NCBI GenBank assembly: GCA_964509985.1
Contig: CAZDZQ010000010.1
Span: forward strand, 6,187 to 70,186
Direction: 5' to 3'
Source: an uncultured Candidatus Peribacteria bacterium
GTDB lineage: Bacteria; Patescibacteriota; Gracilibacteria; CAIRYL01
DNA length: 64,000 bases
This document shows positions 63,131 to 64,000 of the stretch, one piece after another. The position numbers and the translations under genes are program-made. The notes under the pieces are model-generated. The model was not told the origin of the DNA. It searched no databases and saw only the letters and a program-made list of their open reading frames with translations. Positions within the stretch are counted from its first letter, which is position 1. Each line of letters starts with the position of its first letter.

Positions 63131-64000
63131 TATGAAATTTAGAATCTACCAAAAATTAATATTGTTAATTATTGATATAATTGCGTTATATATAAGCTTT
63201 ATTTTTGCATACTTAGTAAGGTTGGGAACTTTTCTGCATTCTAAGTTTTTATTTGAACCATATATTCAAATGGCAAGTTTTATGATATTTATTTGGATAT
63301 TTCTTCTGATTTTATCAGGAAGATACTCGGTTAAAGAAAAAAATTTATTTAATGAGTTTAAAATTATTTTTTTAACTTCTCTTTCTTCTAGTGCATTATT
63401 TCCATTGTTATTTTACTTTAAACAAGATTTATTTTTTTCGAGGGGGATTATTATTCTTCTTTTTTTATTCTCTGTATTCTTTTTATTTTCGATATCTTTT
63501 GCATATAAAAAATATACTGAGTATTTTGCTTCTCGGAATATTGGAATTTCACGAATGCTTGTAATTGGAGCTGGAAAAAATGCAGAAAAAATTATTACAA
63601 ATTTGTTAAAAGTAAATTCTATTCATAAGCCTGTTGCTATATTAACCCCGTATGGATCAAAAAAAAAAGAAATATTAGGAATTAGAATTTTTGGAAAACT
63701 TGACTCATTAGAAAGAATTTTTATACAAGAGAATATTCAAGAGTTATTTTTATGTGAGGCAATCGAACATTCAGAAAATCTTGCTTCGTTTTGTCAAAAC
63801 AAAGGTGTCGTTTTACGAACTTCTCTAGAAACAATAGGTATAAATCATTCACAAATTGAAACAGATATCATTGGAAATACAACATTTTTAACACTTCAGC
63901 AGTCTTCCCTTTTTGGGTGGGGACAGTTTTTAAAACGATTATTTGATATTATAATTTCTAGTTGTATTTTAATATTTTCATCGCCATATATAGTTTATTT
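63131..64000 (+). CDS. polyprenyl-phosphate glycosyl-1-phosphate transferase (WbaP/bacterial sugar transferase family), 3' end cut by window
   Basis: Open frame from the ATG at 63131 to the window end (290 codons, no stop, so not in the ORF track). There are four N-terminal TM helices, then a Rossmann-like VIGAGKNAEKI segment. The frame ends with the start of the sugar-transferase domain, FLKRLFDIIISSCILIFSSP. Confidence 0.65.

Noticed and set aside
1-64000. Alternative genetic code (TGA as Gly or Trp) as the working code for this window.
   Set aside because: No real gene needs TGA read-through. Trp is encoded by TGG throughout, and ORFs up to 4990 codons are intact under the standard code. 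I therefore annotated with code 11 and report only the absence of TGA as an observation.

Overview
The window is very AT-rich, densely packed bacterial DNA. I can support 35 protein-coding genes (two cut by the window edges), three gene remnants, and no rRNA, tRNA, CRISPR or transposase genes. Housekeeping genes are scattered rather than in classical operons: purC, mnmA, eno, rplK-rplA, fmt, a murF-like ligase, fbp, valS, a U32 peptidase, prmC, rpmA, nusA, sufC, rnj, and a recX/hsp20/CDF/yebC string.

This scattering, the spacers of 1-40 nt, the weak Shine-Dalgarno sequences, the SLH wall anchors and the insertions in core proteins fit an uncultivated reduced-genome bacterium of the CPR/Patescibacteria kind. 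That placement is inference only.

The outstanding feature is a ~23 kb locus (17822-40736, over a third of the window). It holds a 1666-aa protein with glycine-rich hydrophobic segments and coiled coils. This is divergently transcribed from an 875-aa membrane-anchored P-loop ATPase resembling a type IV secretion coupling protein (VirD4/TraD/HerA-FtsK class). Next comes a 4990-aa mosaic surface protein with FG-GAP/VCBS-like, PKD-like and thrombospondin-type-3-like Ca-binding motifs, a proline-periodic spacer, three SLH motifs and tandem repeats. No other T4SS, relaxase, pilin or phage genes are present. I propose this locus as a candidate undescribed export, assembly or cell-contact module.

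Other notable items:
- valS carries a ~400-aa in-frame insertion containing an apparently intact histidine-phosphatase (PGAM-like) domain.
- TGA is absent as a stop codon (28 TAA, 5 TAG, 0 TGA) and as an in-frame codon.
- A DUF4143 AAA ATPase gene is bracketed by a duplicated promoter-like repeat and sits next to a divergent GGDEF-like (HGDEY) protein.
- A Fic/Doc protein has Gln in place of the catalytic His, with a decayed paralogue beside it.
- A 944-aa exported protein ends in a serpin-like domain.
- STAND-NTPase and SLH gene fragments lie between valS and the U32 peptidase gene.

All domain calls come from reading motifs by eye. No searches were run.
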